From: Cirrosporium novae-zelandiae
Lineage: Eukaryota
Assembly: GCA_026023565.1 (NCBI GenBank)
Contig: JAPETS010000006.1
Location: 620,001 to 684,000, forward strand
Reading direction: 5' to 3'
DNA: 64,000 nt
Position numbers and translations under genes: made by a program
Notes under the pieces: model-generated
Told to the model about the DNA's origin: nothing
The model's database searches: none
The model's input: the letters and a program-made list of their open reading frames with translations, nothing else
In this document: positions 1-12,388 of the stretch, piece after piece
Numbering within the stretch: position 1 is the first letter of the stretch
Layout of the letters: each line of letters begins with the position of its first letter

Positions 1-1596
1 GAAGTGATTTGTTTCCGTTGTAACGGTGGCTTGATATTTATATTCCTAGCGCGTTTAGAAGATTCCCGAATGTTCAGATACTGCAACAATGTTGCCGCTC
101 GTTTCGAGTGCTGTACCAATTGAAACCGAATATCGGCAGATATGGGCCCACACACTTCATCCAGTGCTTAGAAATACAGGCTGAATGTCATCGCATGAGC
201 TTTCTGCTCAAAAGTAAAGTGAAAACTTGAGCATTTCTCACGTAAAATGACGGCAGAAGAGTAAATATCCTGAGGGGCAACAAGTTGTCCCCATAACGTC
301 TCCGAATCCCGGTAGATTGTCGTTGCTGTACAGGGCCAAGGGGGTCCACCATGCTTGGAAATCAAAGCTCATCACGATTTAAACCCTGTTCTCCATAGTG
401 TAACCCCACAAGAATCAAAAGAAAATGTGTGTAGATAGAGAAGCGTTATACTACGCTAGGTGAACATCAAAACTTTTATCTTATCATTCTGAACAACTTG
501 AGTGGAAACTTGAAGAAATAACGAATAAGTTATAATATGGATAAGTAGCATTTGGGGAAGATTACAGCATTTGATGAATGCACAACATATTTTGTATATT
601 GTCTCGTTTGGGTTTAGCTTGAACATGATTAGTGATCAGGGAACACCAAGGTTTCGAAGAAAAAGCTTGGCAGGTAGATCTATTTATCTTCTCCACCATA
701 ACGCTCCAACAGCGAGCCTATCCTAGCTCAAAAATCCCTCTTGATTAATTTGACGTAACAAAAAAAACTCAAAAAAGCTCTAGTTAACTACCCGATGTCT
801 TTATTTCCGTTGAAGCGAGATGGAAAATCAATCTCACCAATGTGAGGTTAACATGAAGAGAAAGCAACTCATTGCAGCTGACTATTACCGTTACTTGATG
901 GTGGTTTAGTCCATTTATATTGAACTTCGCATATGTAATTTGACTGAGGGTCTGCCAATCATGTTTTATTCCTTCCCAACATGTGTTAGTCTGTATAACC
1001 ATTTGACATGCTTCATTATTTAGCGGACAGAAACTGGACAGCTGGGAGACAGTCCCAAGCTGATAACATCAAAACTTCAAAGCTTAGGAAATCATGAGGT
1101 CTCCACATCTGGTTAGAAATTCGTCTGTTTCATGCAATGCCTGTTGCGGATTATAGGTGGTGGGGAAGGCATGCAGGAACCAGTTTTGGGCTGATTTCGG
1201 GTCGATCGAGATATCGAAGAGAGGGGTTAAGCTAGTCAGGTAAGGCAGGGCATGTAGGACAATGATGATTTTCTATTTTTTTTTGTTTTTTCGGGGAATA
1301 GCTGTTCGGGTTTCATCATGAAGGGGTGACAATGATGGTGGGATTTTGCCCTGACTTGATAAATGATTGATTGATGAAAATAACTATATACGTGAGAACG
1401 ATAGACATAGCTTCACTGCGTAATTTGTAAGACGATACAGAAAATGTACGTGTACAAACTTTTCTGTACCAAAGAGGAGTATCCGTAGACAGACGCAAAT
1501 GCATATACATATACAATAATGCAAGAGAAATGCCCATAGAACAGTTCCATTCCCCCACCTCATCCACCCCCAAACAAACTCTTAACCTCCCCTTGC

Positions 1597-3902
1597 TCAA
1601 GAATCCAGCACAAACCGATTCAGAAATTTAAATTTCTTCAACCCCTCCTCAAAGGTGCTCGCCAACGCACTTAAAGTTGTGTTTCCTACGTATACACCCG
1701 CACCGCTCGCACCAGCTGCCGTCAAGACACTAGCACCATTCTGACTCGCAGCTGCGACCGGCTTGCCGAAGCGGAACGCATCTGTAACAATTTGCAGGGG
1801 CCGTCCGCCGGGATAGTAGCTACTGGTAGTATTGGAGCTGAAGAGTGAGGAAGCGCCGTCAGCGACGATAACGCCATCGAAGTTTGTGGCATCGGAGCCA
1901 GAGTAAGTTTGATTGACGCTGCTGGCGAGGTACTCACCCACGACAACGAGGTCAACGTTGGCGGAGGCAAATGCGGTGGTTAGTTGCGAGATCTGTGATG
2001 CGGAGGTTCCGTTTACGGATGTGAGGAGTGCAACTTTCAGGCCGTCGAGTTTCTTGAGTGGGTTCCTGAAGATGGAGAGATAGGCGCTGCTGTTGTCGTG
2101 GTAGTATGTCGGGTCTGGATCCGGGGCTGTAATGCCGACAACTTCGGCGACGCGCACGGCGATGTCGTGGGAGATTTGGTTAAGTCGGTAAATGACATTA
2201 GAGCGCACGACTTCGGATTTTACGTTACTAATTTCGAATCGTATAGCATTTATGAGGAATTGTTGTTCTGCTGGGAGGAGGGAGTTGTAGAAGAGACGTG
2301 GTTGGCTGAAGTGGTCGTCGAACGTGGAAGAGACAGTGCGAAGGAGGTTACCCGACACCGTACGGCCTGGTGAAGTGAAGAAACCGCGGCCCGTGTCTTG
2401 GGTGGCTTGCTTGGGTTCGGCATCGTTGAGGGTGTTTGGGGAATAGGGGGCGTTGTTTAGAGCTATATACATTTGAGCGGCACCGTCGCGGTTATTATTG
2501 TGGATAGGAATGCGCGGGCGGTTGATAGGTAACTGTTCAAAATTGGGGCCCCCGTGACGATTTAGTTGAGTGTCAAGGTAAGAGAAAAGACGACCCTGGA
2601 GAAGAGGGTCTTCCGTGAAGTCGATACCTCGAACGATATGTCCTGGCTGGAACATGATCTGTTCTGTTTCTGCAAAGTAGTTTCTGGGGTTGCGATTAAG
2701 GGTTATTTTTCCAAGAATCGTGACAGGAACAATGTCCTCTGGGACAATCTTTGTAGGATCGAGCAAATCGAAGCCGTACTTGAGTTGATCTTCCTCTTCC
2801 ATGATTTGGACACCTACTTCCCATTCAGGATATCTGCCGTTTTCAATGGCATCCCAGAGATCTTGACGGTGGAAATCACCATTGTGTCCTGATGTTGACT
2901 GAGCTTCTTCCCATACTAAACTAGCTTTCCCTTGCAATGTCTTCATATGCCATTTAATCAATTTTGTCTTGCCCTCATCGGTTACCATTCGGAAGGTGTG
3001 GACGCCAAAGCCATCGACATGCCTGAAGGACCTTGGAATTCCGAAACCCATCATTGCCCAGAACAGAGTGTGAAGTGTGCTAGGCTGTTGGGAGAAAAAA
3101 TCCCAGGCCGTATCATGAGCAGTAGCTGCTTGAGGGATTTCGCGATCTTGTTGCGGTTTAACAGAGTGGATAAGATCAGGGAAGAGAATAGCATCTTGAA
3201 TGAAGAAGACTGGGATGTTGTTGCCGACAATGTCGAAATTTCCTTCGTCCGTGAAGAAACGAGTAGCAAAACCATGAACATCACGAGCAGTATCAACACT
3301 AAGCAGCAATCAGTAAAGGATGAATTGTAGGCAAGACTTTGGCCAAAACATCAACTGGGTACTTACCTTCCCCGACTTCCAGCAACGGTGGAGAAGCGAA
3401 TAAAGACAGGAGTTTCCTTGTCAGCAGCCCCTAAGAATGAAGCTGCGGTGATATTGGACCAGTCTCCGTAAGATGTAAAGACACCATGAGCCCCGGCACC
3501 ACGTGCATGCACAGCTCTTTCCGGAACCTACATACAATGTTAGTATACCGGAGAGAAAGTATCTAAAGAGTATCAACTTACACGCTCATGATCAAACCTC
3601 TGAATCTTTTGCCGGAAAATAAAATCCTCTAACAAGCTAGGTCCTCTTTGACCACCCTTGAGCGTTGTATTTTCTTGTATAGGGCCACCAACATCACTAG
3701 TAAAGTAGCCGTTCTCATCATCAAGATAGAATTCAGAGAGGAATGATTCCGTTTCCGCTGTGGCGTTGGAGCTATCATCAGCTCGACGATTAACAGAAGG
3801 ATGTCCAGCAGGAATATCTCGGGCATCCAACTCGCCAGTCATGTATGGGCATGCTGCCCAAGCAATTCCGGCGAGGATTGGTAAAAGCCCGATCCCACGC
3901 AT
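1597..3902 (-). CDS. catB: Secreted large-subunit monofunctional catalase (catalase B/CAT-3 type) with C-terminal DJ-1/GATase-like domain; exons 3902-3582, 3527-3367, 3298-1597
   Basis: Signal peptide [18 protein letters not shown]. Spliced [20 protein letters not shown] (distal His), [22 protein letters not shown] and [12 protein letters not shown] (proximal Tyr). Introns 3581-3528 and 3366-3299 have GTAAGT donors and restore the frame. Confidence 0.95.
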
Positions 3903-5639
3903 GTTGAGTGGAGTTTAAATAAGGAGAAACTTGTTGATATCAAGGTCAGTTGGTTTACTTAAAAGGGAAGAGGAATTGGTACCTTGACTTCAGTCAACCT
4001 TACTTGGTGTGAGTAGAGAACGTGGTTGGTTCCGTGGTTGGATCCGTGAGTTTCTTTCCCGGGAAGGGCATGGGCATATTTATATCATAGGAGGGAAGGC
4101 AATGCAGGTCTATCATTATGATGCACAGGAGGTTTGCAGGCATATGGCAAAGTCAATTACAGTCGCCTAGACTGCAACATACCTGCAAGTTATCGAATAA
4201 TTAACGGAAACATCGGAACCGGGATATCAGGACGACCTAAGTGACCTCACTTACTTACTGACCGGTGTAGACCTACTAGGGATTTGAAGGGATCGCCACA
4301 AGCACAAAATGAATATTACGGAGGATTAACTGGAATGGGTCGATGAGGAATCAAGAGCAATATTATTCTTATTAATAGCAAACGCCAAGGACATGGGAAG
4401 TAAGGGTATGTCAACAGATAATTTCCAGAAACCATAAAGAGAAGTTGTGGACGAGGTTCTCGGTATGTGGGTAGAGGTTGGAGGTTGGGGGATGCACTCA
4501 TACAAACTTTTTGGTCTGGACCTTGAAAGCTTACAAAAGTTCAAAACAAGAAATATGATAGGTCAGACAGGGTTGGGTAAGATGACCAGGAAATGGGCAA
4601 CGGGACTAAACTGTACAATAACAAATGGTGGAGAAAGAGGGGAACATTATACTCGAGTACGCAGGACACAGCACAATTCTCGGAACTACGTGCTTGGGAA
4701 CAAACAAGTTCAGGTTTCACAAGCCACTAAACAGCACAAAAACCCAGCAAGACTGGGCATAACACAGCATTCATTAATATTGGCATCCATCACAAGTTCA
4801 CAATGTAGAGATAGATTAGAAAGGTCTCTTTTAATAAGGTATACCGATGTTGGCAAGGTCTAGATTAGCTTTCTTTATAATACAGTTGATCCTTTCTAGG
4901 ACCCCTCGAACTTCAACACTATGTTTTTATTTTTATTTTAAAAAAACCCCCAATCTTCGATATCAACGTCGAAGGATCCACTTGGTCATTCAAGCCGAGC
5001 CTCTACTGTACTACTGTGTGACTGTGTCGCTATGCTAGGGTACTAGCTAAAATTCAGTAATGGTTGAAGCACTCCGCAAAAGTATCCCTCCACTTGTCAG
5101 CACAAAACAAATTAATCTACCAAGCACCAATAAAATCATTTTAAAAAGTCATCGTGGAATACCAGTTTCCTCACGGACTTATACCTCAACTAGTTCAAAG
5201 TAAGAGGCATTCTTCTGTCGTGAGATGATTAGTTTAGGAAAAAAGGAAGACCTTACGTATGGCCACTCCGATAGAGTTATTGGAGCTTCTGTATTGGGAT
5301 CATTGCCTTTGTTTGCTTTAAGGTATTTGGTAATGTTTCAAAGGCCATAGATTCGACAAGGAACACTTAAATTAGAATCTCAGTCATACGGAGACCAAGG
5401 ACTATTATTTTTCATCACTATTGACTGGGTTTTATCACCATTGATTGGGAGAAAATGAGGTTCTTGGTAGGTAGGTGATGTGATGCCATCTTGGCGCCCT
5501 GGGCAACGGTGAAGACACACGCTAATATTACGGGGACCCAGTAATACATTTCGACAATCGCGCCAGCCAAGGTGCAGTGTCCAAATCATCACCCAACCCA
5601 AGCGACCACCAGATAATCAGATAATCCTAATTCGCCATC

Positions 5640-6821
5640 ATGACTTCCTATGGACTTTTAGAACAAGTTGAAGAAGGTAAGCTCAAAACAGTTATTTTGC
5701 CCCCTCCAAGGTGGTACCGATCTTTACTAATCCTACTTCTAGATGCACTTCATAGACCTCGACTTCTCAATGTGGAACAGAAACCCTTCCAACGAATCAC
5801 CAAACGGCTCTTGACACCAGACTCTCTAATTGCTTCACCTCTTACTCACCTTGCCACTCCACCACCTGACAGCTCTGACATAAATGATGTCGCAGCAGTT
5901 CTTCAAGCTGAGCGACAAAAACAGACGGAGGAAAGGCAGCAATTCCGCGAAGATGTTTTGCTTGACTTCGCTGCCTTCGAAAGCAGCATTATCCGAATAC
6001 AATTTCTAATCTCAAGCAATGAGAAAGAGCGCGAACGATATGCTCAGGAAAAACTCAAGATCCAAGAGACGGCCCAAGCCGTACGAGATAATTCTGCTGA
6101 ATTAAGGGATCAATTGGCAGAAGCACAGAAGACTTTAGCTTTACGGAAAAGTTACGATGCATTAACTGAGAAGATTACCAAGGATAAAAATCTTAAGTCT
6201 AGGGACGAACAAAAAGCAAACATCGAAAAACTGAACTCAGAGATCGTTGAGCTAGAAAGAGAGAGCAGAGACTACGCAGCTACATGGGCAGAACGTAGAG
6301 TGCAGTTCGGTAAAATTGTGGATCAGGGTATGCAAATGCGAAGACTCATCCGTGACGAAAAAGAGGAAGTGGAAAGAAGGGAGGGAATGGAAGATGACAT
6401 TGAAGATGGAGAAACAGCTTCGCATAGGGGAGGCATCAGTACAGTCGGAACACCTCGGCTGGAAGGCGAAACAACCCCAATGCATCCTGGCCATGAGGCA
6501 GGAGACTCTGGAAGATTAGGGGTTGATAAACATCACTCGAGACACTATTCACCTCCACGAAGCAGTCGAGCACCAACCCCCCGTAGCGAAAGGAAAGGCA
6601 GTGAAGATAGCTCCATGACCGAAGAAGGTGAAATGCGACCTGAACCGGAGACCTCGAAATCTGAAATTGAGAACGGGCAATTGCATGACATTATGATGAT
6701 CGAAGAGGGTGAACGTATTGCTACTAACCAAGAAGATATGATAATAGAAGACAAAGATAAGATGGAAGGGGTTCGAATTGGTAGAACAGGCCCTCATCAA
6801 GATCACATGGACATCACATAG
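5640..6821 (+). CDS. THOC7: THO complex subunit 7 (Mft1/THOC7 family); 66-nt in-frame intron 5677-5742
   Basis: EE|DALHRPRLLNVEQKPFQRITKRLL and FREDVLLDFAAFESSIIRIQFL...NEKERERY motifs, followed by coiled coil. GTAAGC...CTAAT...TAG intron removes an out-of-character hydrophobic stretch. Confidence 0.85.
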   Translation: MTSYGLLEQVEEGKLKTVILPPPRWYRSLLILLLDALHRPRLLNVEQKPFQRITKRLLTPDSLIASPLTHLATPPPDSSDINDVAAVLQAERQKQTEERQQFREDVLLDFAAFESSIIRIQFLISSNEKERERYAQEKLKIQETAQAVRDNSAELRDQLAEAQKTLALRKSYDALTEKITKDKNLKSRDEQKANIEKLNSEIVELERESRDYAATWAERRVQFGKIVDQGMQMRRLIRDEKEEVERREGMEDDIEDGETASHRGGISTVGTPRLEGETTPMHPGHEAGDSGRLGVDKHHSRHYSPPRSSRAPTPRSERKGSEDSSMTEEGEMRPEPETSKSEIENGQLHDIMMIEEGERIATNQEDMIIEDKDKMEGVRIGRTGPHQDHMDIT

Positions 6822-7161
6822 ATTGGTGCTCGCAATACATTTTTTTGAAATTATGATATCTTTTATTACGCAAATCTTTATATGATAAAATAATTGGCAG
6901 ATCAAAGATGAATAGACGGTAGCTAGAAATGCAATAGAGTCTTGAGAGACATGGCTATTATATGACTCAAATACTGGACATTAGACTCTCGATCAATACT
7001 CAGGTTACAGGCAATGTCACTAATGGAGGGCTTCAAGCAAGATCATAACTAAATTTCGGCTACGGTTCATATCATCAATTATTTAGATTTTCAGATTGCA
7101 ACGGTTGGCTGAAGCTATAACTCACACTATAGTGCATAAAGTAACAAAAAATCATTCCAAA

Positions 7162-7666
7162 TCATGCAATCTCCCTGTAGCTTGATTTGGCTTGGGCAAG
7201 CACTTCTTTGGCTTTGGTAATCTCCTCTGGGTTTGGATTTTTCTCGTTTTTAACAGTTTCCTAAAAGAATGTGAATATATAGCAATTTGAGGTAGAGCAG
7301 AACAACCCAACATCGGAACTAAAAACTTACCAGTTGTTGCTCAAGTTTCGCCATTGCCTCAACAATCTTGTCCTTCAGTGTTGAGATCATTCCTTTAGTT
7401 TGTTCCAGGACTTGGTGCTATTTTATATAAATTAGCCCCGTTTCTAGATTAATCAATATAAAACGCAAATGGTGGGGTAGTGGGAAAAGAATGCAAACCT
7501 CTTGTTTCAACTGATATTTCTTGTTGCCCTCCTCGTCATCGGGCTGTCCTTTGACCTTTTCAACGCGAGCCTCTTGTTCTTTGAGTTCTTGGTGGTAGCT
7601 TTTTTCTTCTTTGGTGAGTCGCTCAAGGGCGCCTGTGGCGATAGAAAGAGGGGAGCGTGGAGGCAT
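7162..7666 (-). CDS. RBL2: Tubulin-specific chaperone A (cofactor A, Rbl2); exons 7666-7499, 7417-7331, 7260-7162
   Basis: MPPRSPLSIATGALERLTKEEKSYHQEL...YQLKQE|HQVLEQTKGMI...KLEQQL|ETVK...EEITKAKEVLAQA. Two canonical introns and TGA at 7164-7162. Confidence 0.9.
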
Positions 7667-8937
7667 TATGATCAGGCTGTTAGAGGAGAGCCTTTGTATT
7701 TACAAGTTGAAGGGTTGAAGACTTTTGAACAGGAAATGATGGTAGAATACGAAGTTTGTAGACAAGCACGAAAGCGAACTGAATGCTTAGATTATTTACT
7801 GTGGTACTGTACAATCGAGGTGGGCTGGGCTATCATCTTATCTTATCCCGACGTCAGCGTTTATTTTTTATTTTGACATCCGCCACCTTATTTTGGTATT
7901 TTGCTCTACTAGTTAATGACTACAGCCTACGACAATTTAAGAGATTCGACCTAAATCCAACTTTGGCTCTTCGAATTTTAGGATGCCCCCCCAAAAAACA
8001 AGAAGGTCATTTATGTGGTCTCGCAATTATGAACAAATCCACCCAAGTAAGTAGGTACTGTTATTTTTTGGCTCCAACTCTGAAGCTCTCGAGGTGGACG
8101 AGAAATTTCCCTGATACATGATGGAAGTCGGCATTTTTACCGAAACTGCCTTCCCCTTCTACTACCTAGAGAGGATTTAGTGCACTCGAAGGCCAAATTT
8201 AACCATCTCTTTCTTCGACCATGTCTACGAACGTGTGAATGGTACCGGATGGAATCCGCTAAGGTGGCTGTGGGCGCAACAGCATTAAGCGTTCAACTGT
8301 GCCGCAAGTCTACAGCGCAGATCTACCAGAACAGGTGCTATTATTTAGCAAGCTGATGTGTCATTATCCATATGCTAGGGTTCCTAAGAACTTATACCTC
8401 GGGGTTTTACATATATATGCCTTCGCCGCATGCTCCGATGGCCCTTCCTTTTGGCTAAGCTGTGGACGTTCAAGTTTCTTGTATGCAAGGCATCTGCATT
8501 TCAGCCCAATATGTTAGCGCTCTGTTAGCTGATTTGCAATTATATTATCCTGAGTTAAGGGTTATGTTAAGTATGATAGGCTACTGGCATTTTATGCGTG
8601 TATCCAAAATCATGCTCGGATTCATGCATCCTAGGTGTTTGTTTGCCTGGCTTCGTCTACAGACTATCTCTATAGTCTTTATTCTCCCTGGGTTCATATC
8701 AAAACCGGGAACCCTTTTCTCTAACGGCTCAGGCTCCATAAAGACATTAACTACCTCACCAAAGAGACTGCCTTACTGATAGGAGGTGCCCGAAGAGCCT
8801 CTTTAGATTTCTTGGCTACTAGAAATTATTAAAGCACCTTTTGTCTTTGAAGGTTCGATGCTTGATTTATAGGTAACGACTATATTTGATCGACACGTTC
8901 AACGGATATTTCTTTAGCCCTATCATTATTGATCAGC

Positions 8938-9427
8938 ATGGGCTATTTCGACCAGTTTCCTTTCTTCGATCATGACCCAGGAGCTTTGCTGAAGGAAGAG
9001 TTTGATCGGCTAGCCTGTGCTATGAACTGGAATTCCAGAGAGAGACGGCTTCAGTGGGATTGGTGTCTACGAAAAGAATTCCAGATACATTATGGCTCAG
9101 AGGCGAAATTGGACAATTGGCAAAGGTTATGCATCGATGTGGGAATCACACCCCAGCCCACTATGGCAAAGTGCAAAAAGGTAGCACTATTCAAAAAACA
9201 AAACAAAAACCTTGGATTCATTAACTAAGTAATAACAGGAATTGAAGCTTGTCAACGTTAATATTTGCCACCTTATCGATGCACGTCGCACGGGAAGGTT
9301 TCCTGTTAGGAAATTTGAATCGTATAAGGCGTTGAAGCAATATACTAGACAGAATAATCTGTTCTTTCCTAAGAAACAAGCCAAGAAAGATGGATTCATT
9401 AGTATTTTGCTCAAGCGATTTTTCTAG
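8938..9427 (+). CDS. Small uncharacterised fungal protein (~143 aa); intron 9181-9238
   Basis: Two ORFs join in frame across GTAGCA...CTAAG...CAG: MGYFDQFPFF...EEFDRLA...KLDNWQRLCIDVGI...CKK|ELKLVNVNICHLID...FFPKKQAK. The pattern resembles a recurrent hypothetical-protein family of filamentous fungi. Confidence 0.75.
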
Positions 9428-9864
9428 CTGGGTTGGAATGCTTATAAGGGGAACTTGGTGGTTATGGACTACTGTGCTATCTTCATTGTTCAGGCCTAAT
9501 GGATAGTTATAGTTCTAGGTCTGAATTCGGGATTAGACTATATCTTCTTTTACTTTGGGTTGTCCCTCGGACCTTTAGTAATTCGCTTAATCCCGTTTAA
9601 TACACATTTCCATATCCAGTGGAACCATGGCGATCTGGTACACCTTTTTGTACTTTAAGAGAATGCATGAAACTTACCGAAGCTCAAACCTGGGGCAAGT
9701 GCGGGGAACCTAGCCACGGTTTCTTTTATAAGGTATAGATGCATACATGGTACATCAATTATTATTTCTGATGCTTCCTTATGGGTCCAGGCTCAATTCA
9801 TCCTCTAAAGAACTCTGTTGAGAAACTACAACCGATTAGATATAACGGTTTGGTCTGACCAGAA

Positions 9865-11108
9865 ATGGATGAGAGGAAGCGCTGGCTACCACGCGAAGGT
9901 TTGAATGATTATGCTTGCCGCAAGTTTGAAGTCGTCGTTGATTATGAGATAGGTTTTACTTTCGATGTCGTGAGCCGGATCGTGCGCAACACACTGCTAA
10001 ACCCTACTCTCACCCTACCTTTTTTACTGCTAGCACGTTACACTAAGAAGGGGCAAGAGTTGACAAACGATAGAGAAGGGCTTATCAAGCATGCAAGAAT
10101 ACTGCTATATATCGGACTGATTCGAGTATTTAATGGCTATCTTAATCGAAGGGTCATCAACAATAGCCAGACAGACAAATATAACTGGAACGATGAGATC
10201 GTTGTTGTTACTGGTATGACGTCCTATGAGATATTGATTTTCTAGGAAATAGTATTGACTGTAATTTTGTGTTTAGGGGGAAGTGATGGAATAGGCAAAC
10301 ATGTCGTTAACATGCTTGCAATGAAGAATGTGAAGATCGCTGTTCTCGAGTAGGTTTGGATCATAGTTGCTATAACTTTTGCTAAACCCCTCAAGTATCC
10401 AACCATTGCAATATGCTGCCCGTACGCCACGGTTTTTGTTGTTAATGCCAAGTGCTAACAAGATTAGCCCCAAATGTGTCCTATCATCGCTGTGATATTA
10501 CATCTACCAAACAGATAACTGAAATGGCGTCTGAGATCCGAACGATGGTTGGAAATCCGACAATTCTCGTGAATAATGCTGGCGTTTGCAGGGGCAAGTC
10601 AATATTGGATACAACGGACGATGACGTTCAATTCACATTTGATGTCAACACTCTCGCACACTACAAGCTTGTTAGAGAGTTTCTGCCCCATATGATCCAA
10701 CAGAATCATGGAATGATCATTACCGTTTCGAGTCTATCTGCATATTTCACTGTTCCTCGTCTGGTTGATTATGGGTCAAGTAACGCAGCCGCTTTGTGTT
10801 TTCACGAGGGCCTTGCTGCAGAGCTTGCCACTATACACAAAGCTCCTAAAGTCCGCACGGTCTTAGTAACCCCAGGTTTTACCAAGACTGGCCTCTTCAC
10901 CGGATTTGGTGGTCGGATGAAGAATAAATTCTTCAGGCCGGAGCTTTATCCACAAACTGTGGCAGAAGCAATCGTCAAACAAATCCTGAGTGGTAACAGT
11001 GGTCATATTATTCTTCCCGAGTCTATATTAGTTGGAAACCTCCGATCCCTTCCAGAATGGTTGCAAGCTGCTTTGAGAATTAGAGGGGTTGAGTTAATGA
11101 AGGAATAG
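9865..11108 (+). CDS. Short-chain dehydrogenase/reductase (17-beta-HSD11/retinol dehydrogenase-like, N-terminal membrane anchor); introns 9899-9952, 10214-10276, 10350-10395, 10422-10467
   Basis: Spliced TGGSDGIG Rossmann motif, CDIT, ILVNNAG and catalytic region DYGSSNAAA. Four GT-AG introns keep one frame. Confidence 0.88.
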
Positions 11109-11625
11109 CAAGGTCGGCAGGTAAGTGGTAGACGGCTGTATCTATGAGAAAATGCTGAGAAAGTGGTATAGGTCATGGATCCCACTGGGAAATACAACAA
11201 GTAAAGTGGAGTTGATATGTATGTTGCTTTTACATCTCATAGCTTTTTGCCAGAAATGAAAGCGAGCAGATCTAAAAGGGCATCTCACATTACGCTTTGA
11301 GAAGGCCCTTGGATAAATTAAGATCACTTTTTGATACTACCTTCGGGTGTGGTCGCTTTCACTTCTACCCATTGAAAGTATTAACAATGTATATATTTTA
11401 TTAGTGAAGGAGCGGTCAATAACGTAATAATCAATTTGGTTGCATGTGACTTGCATATGGATATTTGACTACGTGATGGGCAGGGATGGGTTGATAGCTA
11501 GGTAGATAGGGATGTTGATTTAATTGGCCATTAGGTTGTAGCTAATGGGTCTTATGCCAAGGACTTTTTCGTTGGTGGTGACACTGGTAGCCACTGATAG
11601 GTAAAATGTGGCGCTGAAAAGTGCA

Positions 11626-11660
11626 TGCAGTGTATGCAGTGTATGCAGTGTTATGCAGTG
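11626..11660 (+). repeat. Short tandem repeat (TGCAGTGTA)n, ~4 copies
   Basis: Directly visible: tgcagtgtatgcagtgtatgcagtgttatgcagtg. Confidence 0.85.
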
Positions 11661-11740
11661 TTGAGGGGTGAAAAAGAAGAAAAAAGACGCACTTTGGAGA
11701 TGGATGGCATGACTGTCCACACGTCTAATCAACTTATATC

Positions 11741-11789
11741 CATCAATTCTATCAGTTCTATCAGTTCTATCAGTTCTATCAGTTCTATC
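11741..11789 (+). repeat. Tandem repeat (ATCAGTTCT)n, ~5 copies
   Basis: Directly visible 9-nt repeat upstream of lah. Confidence 0.9.
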
Positions 11790-12388
11790 GATAGATCTTC
11801 AAGGACGATCCTTTCTGCAAGTCAACTCTTGATGCCCCAGGATCATTTATTGATCAAGCACACCAAAGCACATGTTGAAAAATTCAAAGCGTCAGAGATA
11901 TTTAAAGGGATTAATCCGAAATTGGAACATCTCTGGTCCCCCTATGGCCCTTCTCGGCCCCTCTTAGCCCCTAAGGCAATTGGGTTATAAGACCAAGGTT
12001 TAACACATAAAGTGGAGCAAACCGACGAATATTCATTTCTGATTGGTTGGTAAGCTGAGCTCTCTCACCCAGCCCTCTCATTTTGCCTCTGCCGGACAGC
12101 ACATCACCCATCGCAACCATTTACCTCTTTCCTATCCACCATTTTTCTCTTCATTCACCCCGTTGTACCGCGATCCGTTCATACGCGGTGACATGTCCAT
12201 CGGGAATTTATGACTTTACGAATTCGCTTGATACCCATTTCATCTTTGTCATGATTTGTGGACGCTGCACAGCAGGCGCTAATTTTTCTCGAGAATATTA
12301 ATCTAATCCTCGATCACAACATCATCCGACTGGACAACCGCCTATCGAAATCCATCAACATTGCCCTTGAGCTCGATCCTACTCCGCC

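Noticed and set aside
1..1300. Short ORFs downstream of catalase
   Set aside because: No recognisable protein similarity or consistent splice pattern; treated as intergenic.
7783..8900. Short ORFs between RBL2 and the 8938 gene
   Set aside because: No coherent exon chain or recognisable motif could be assembled.
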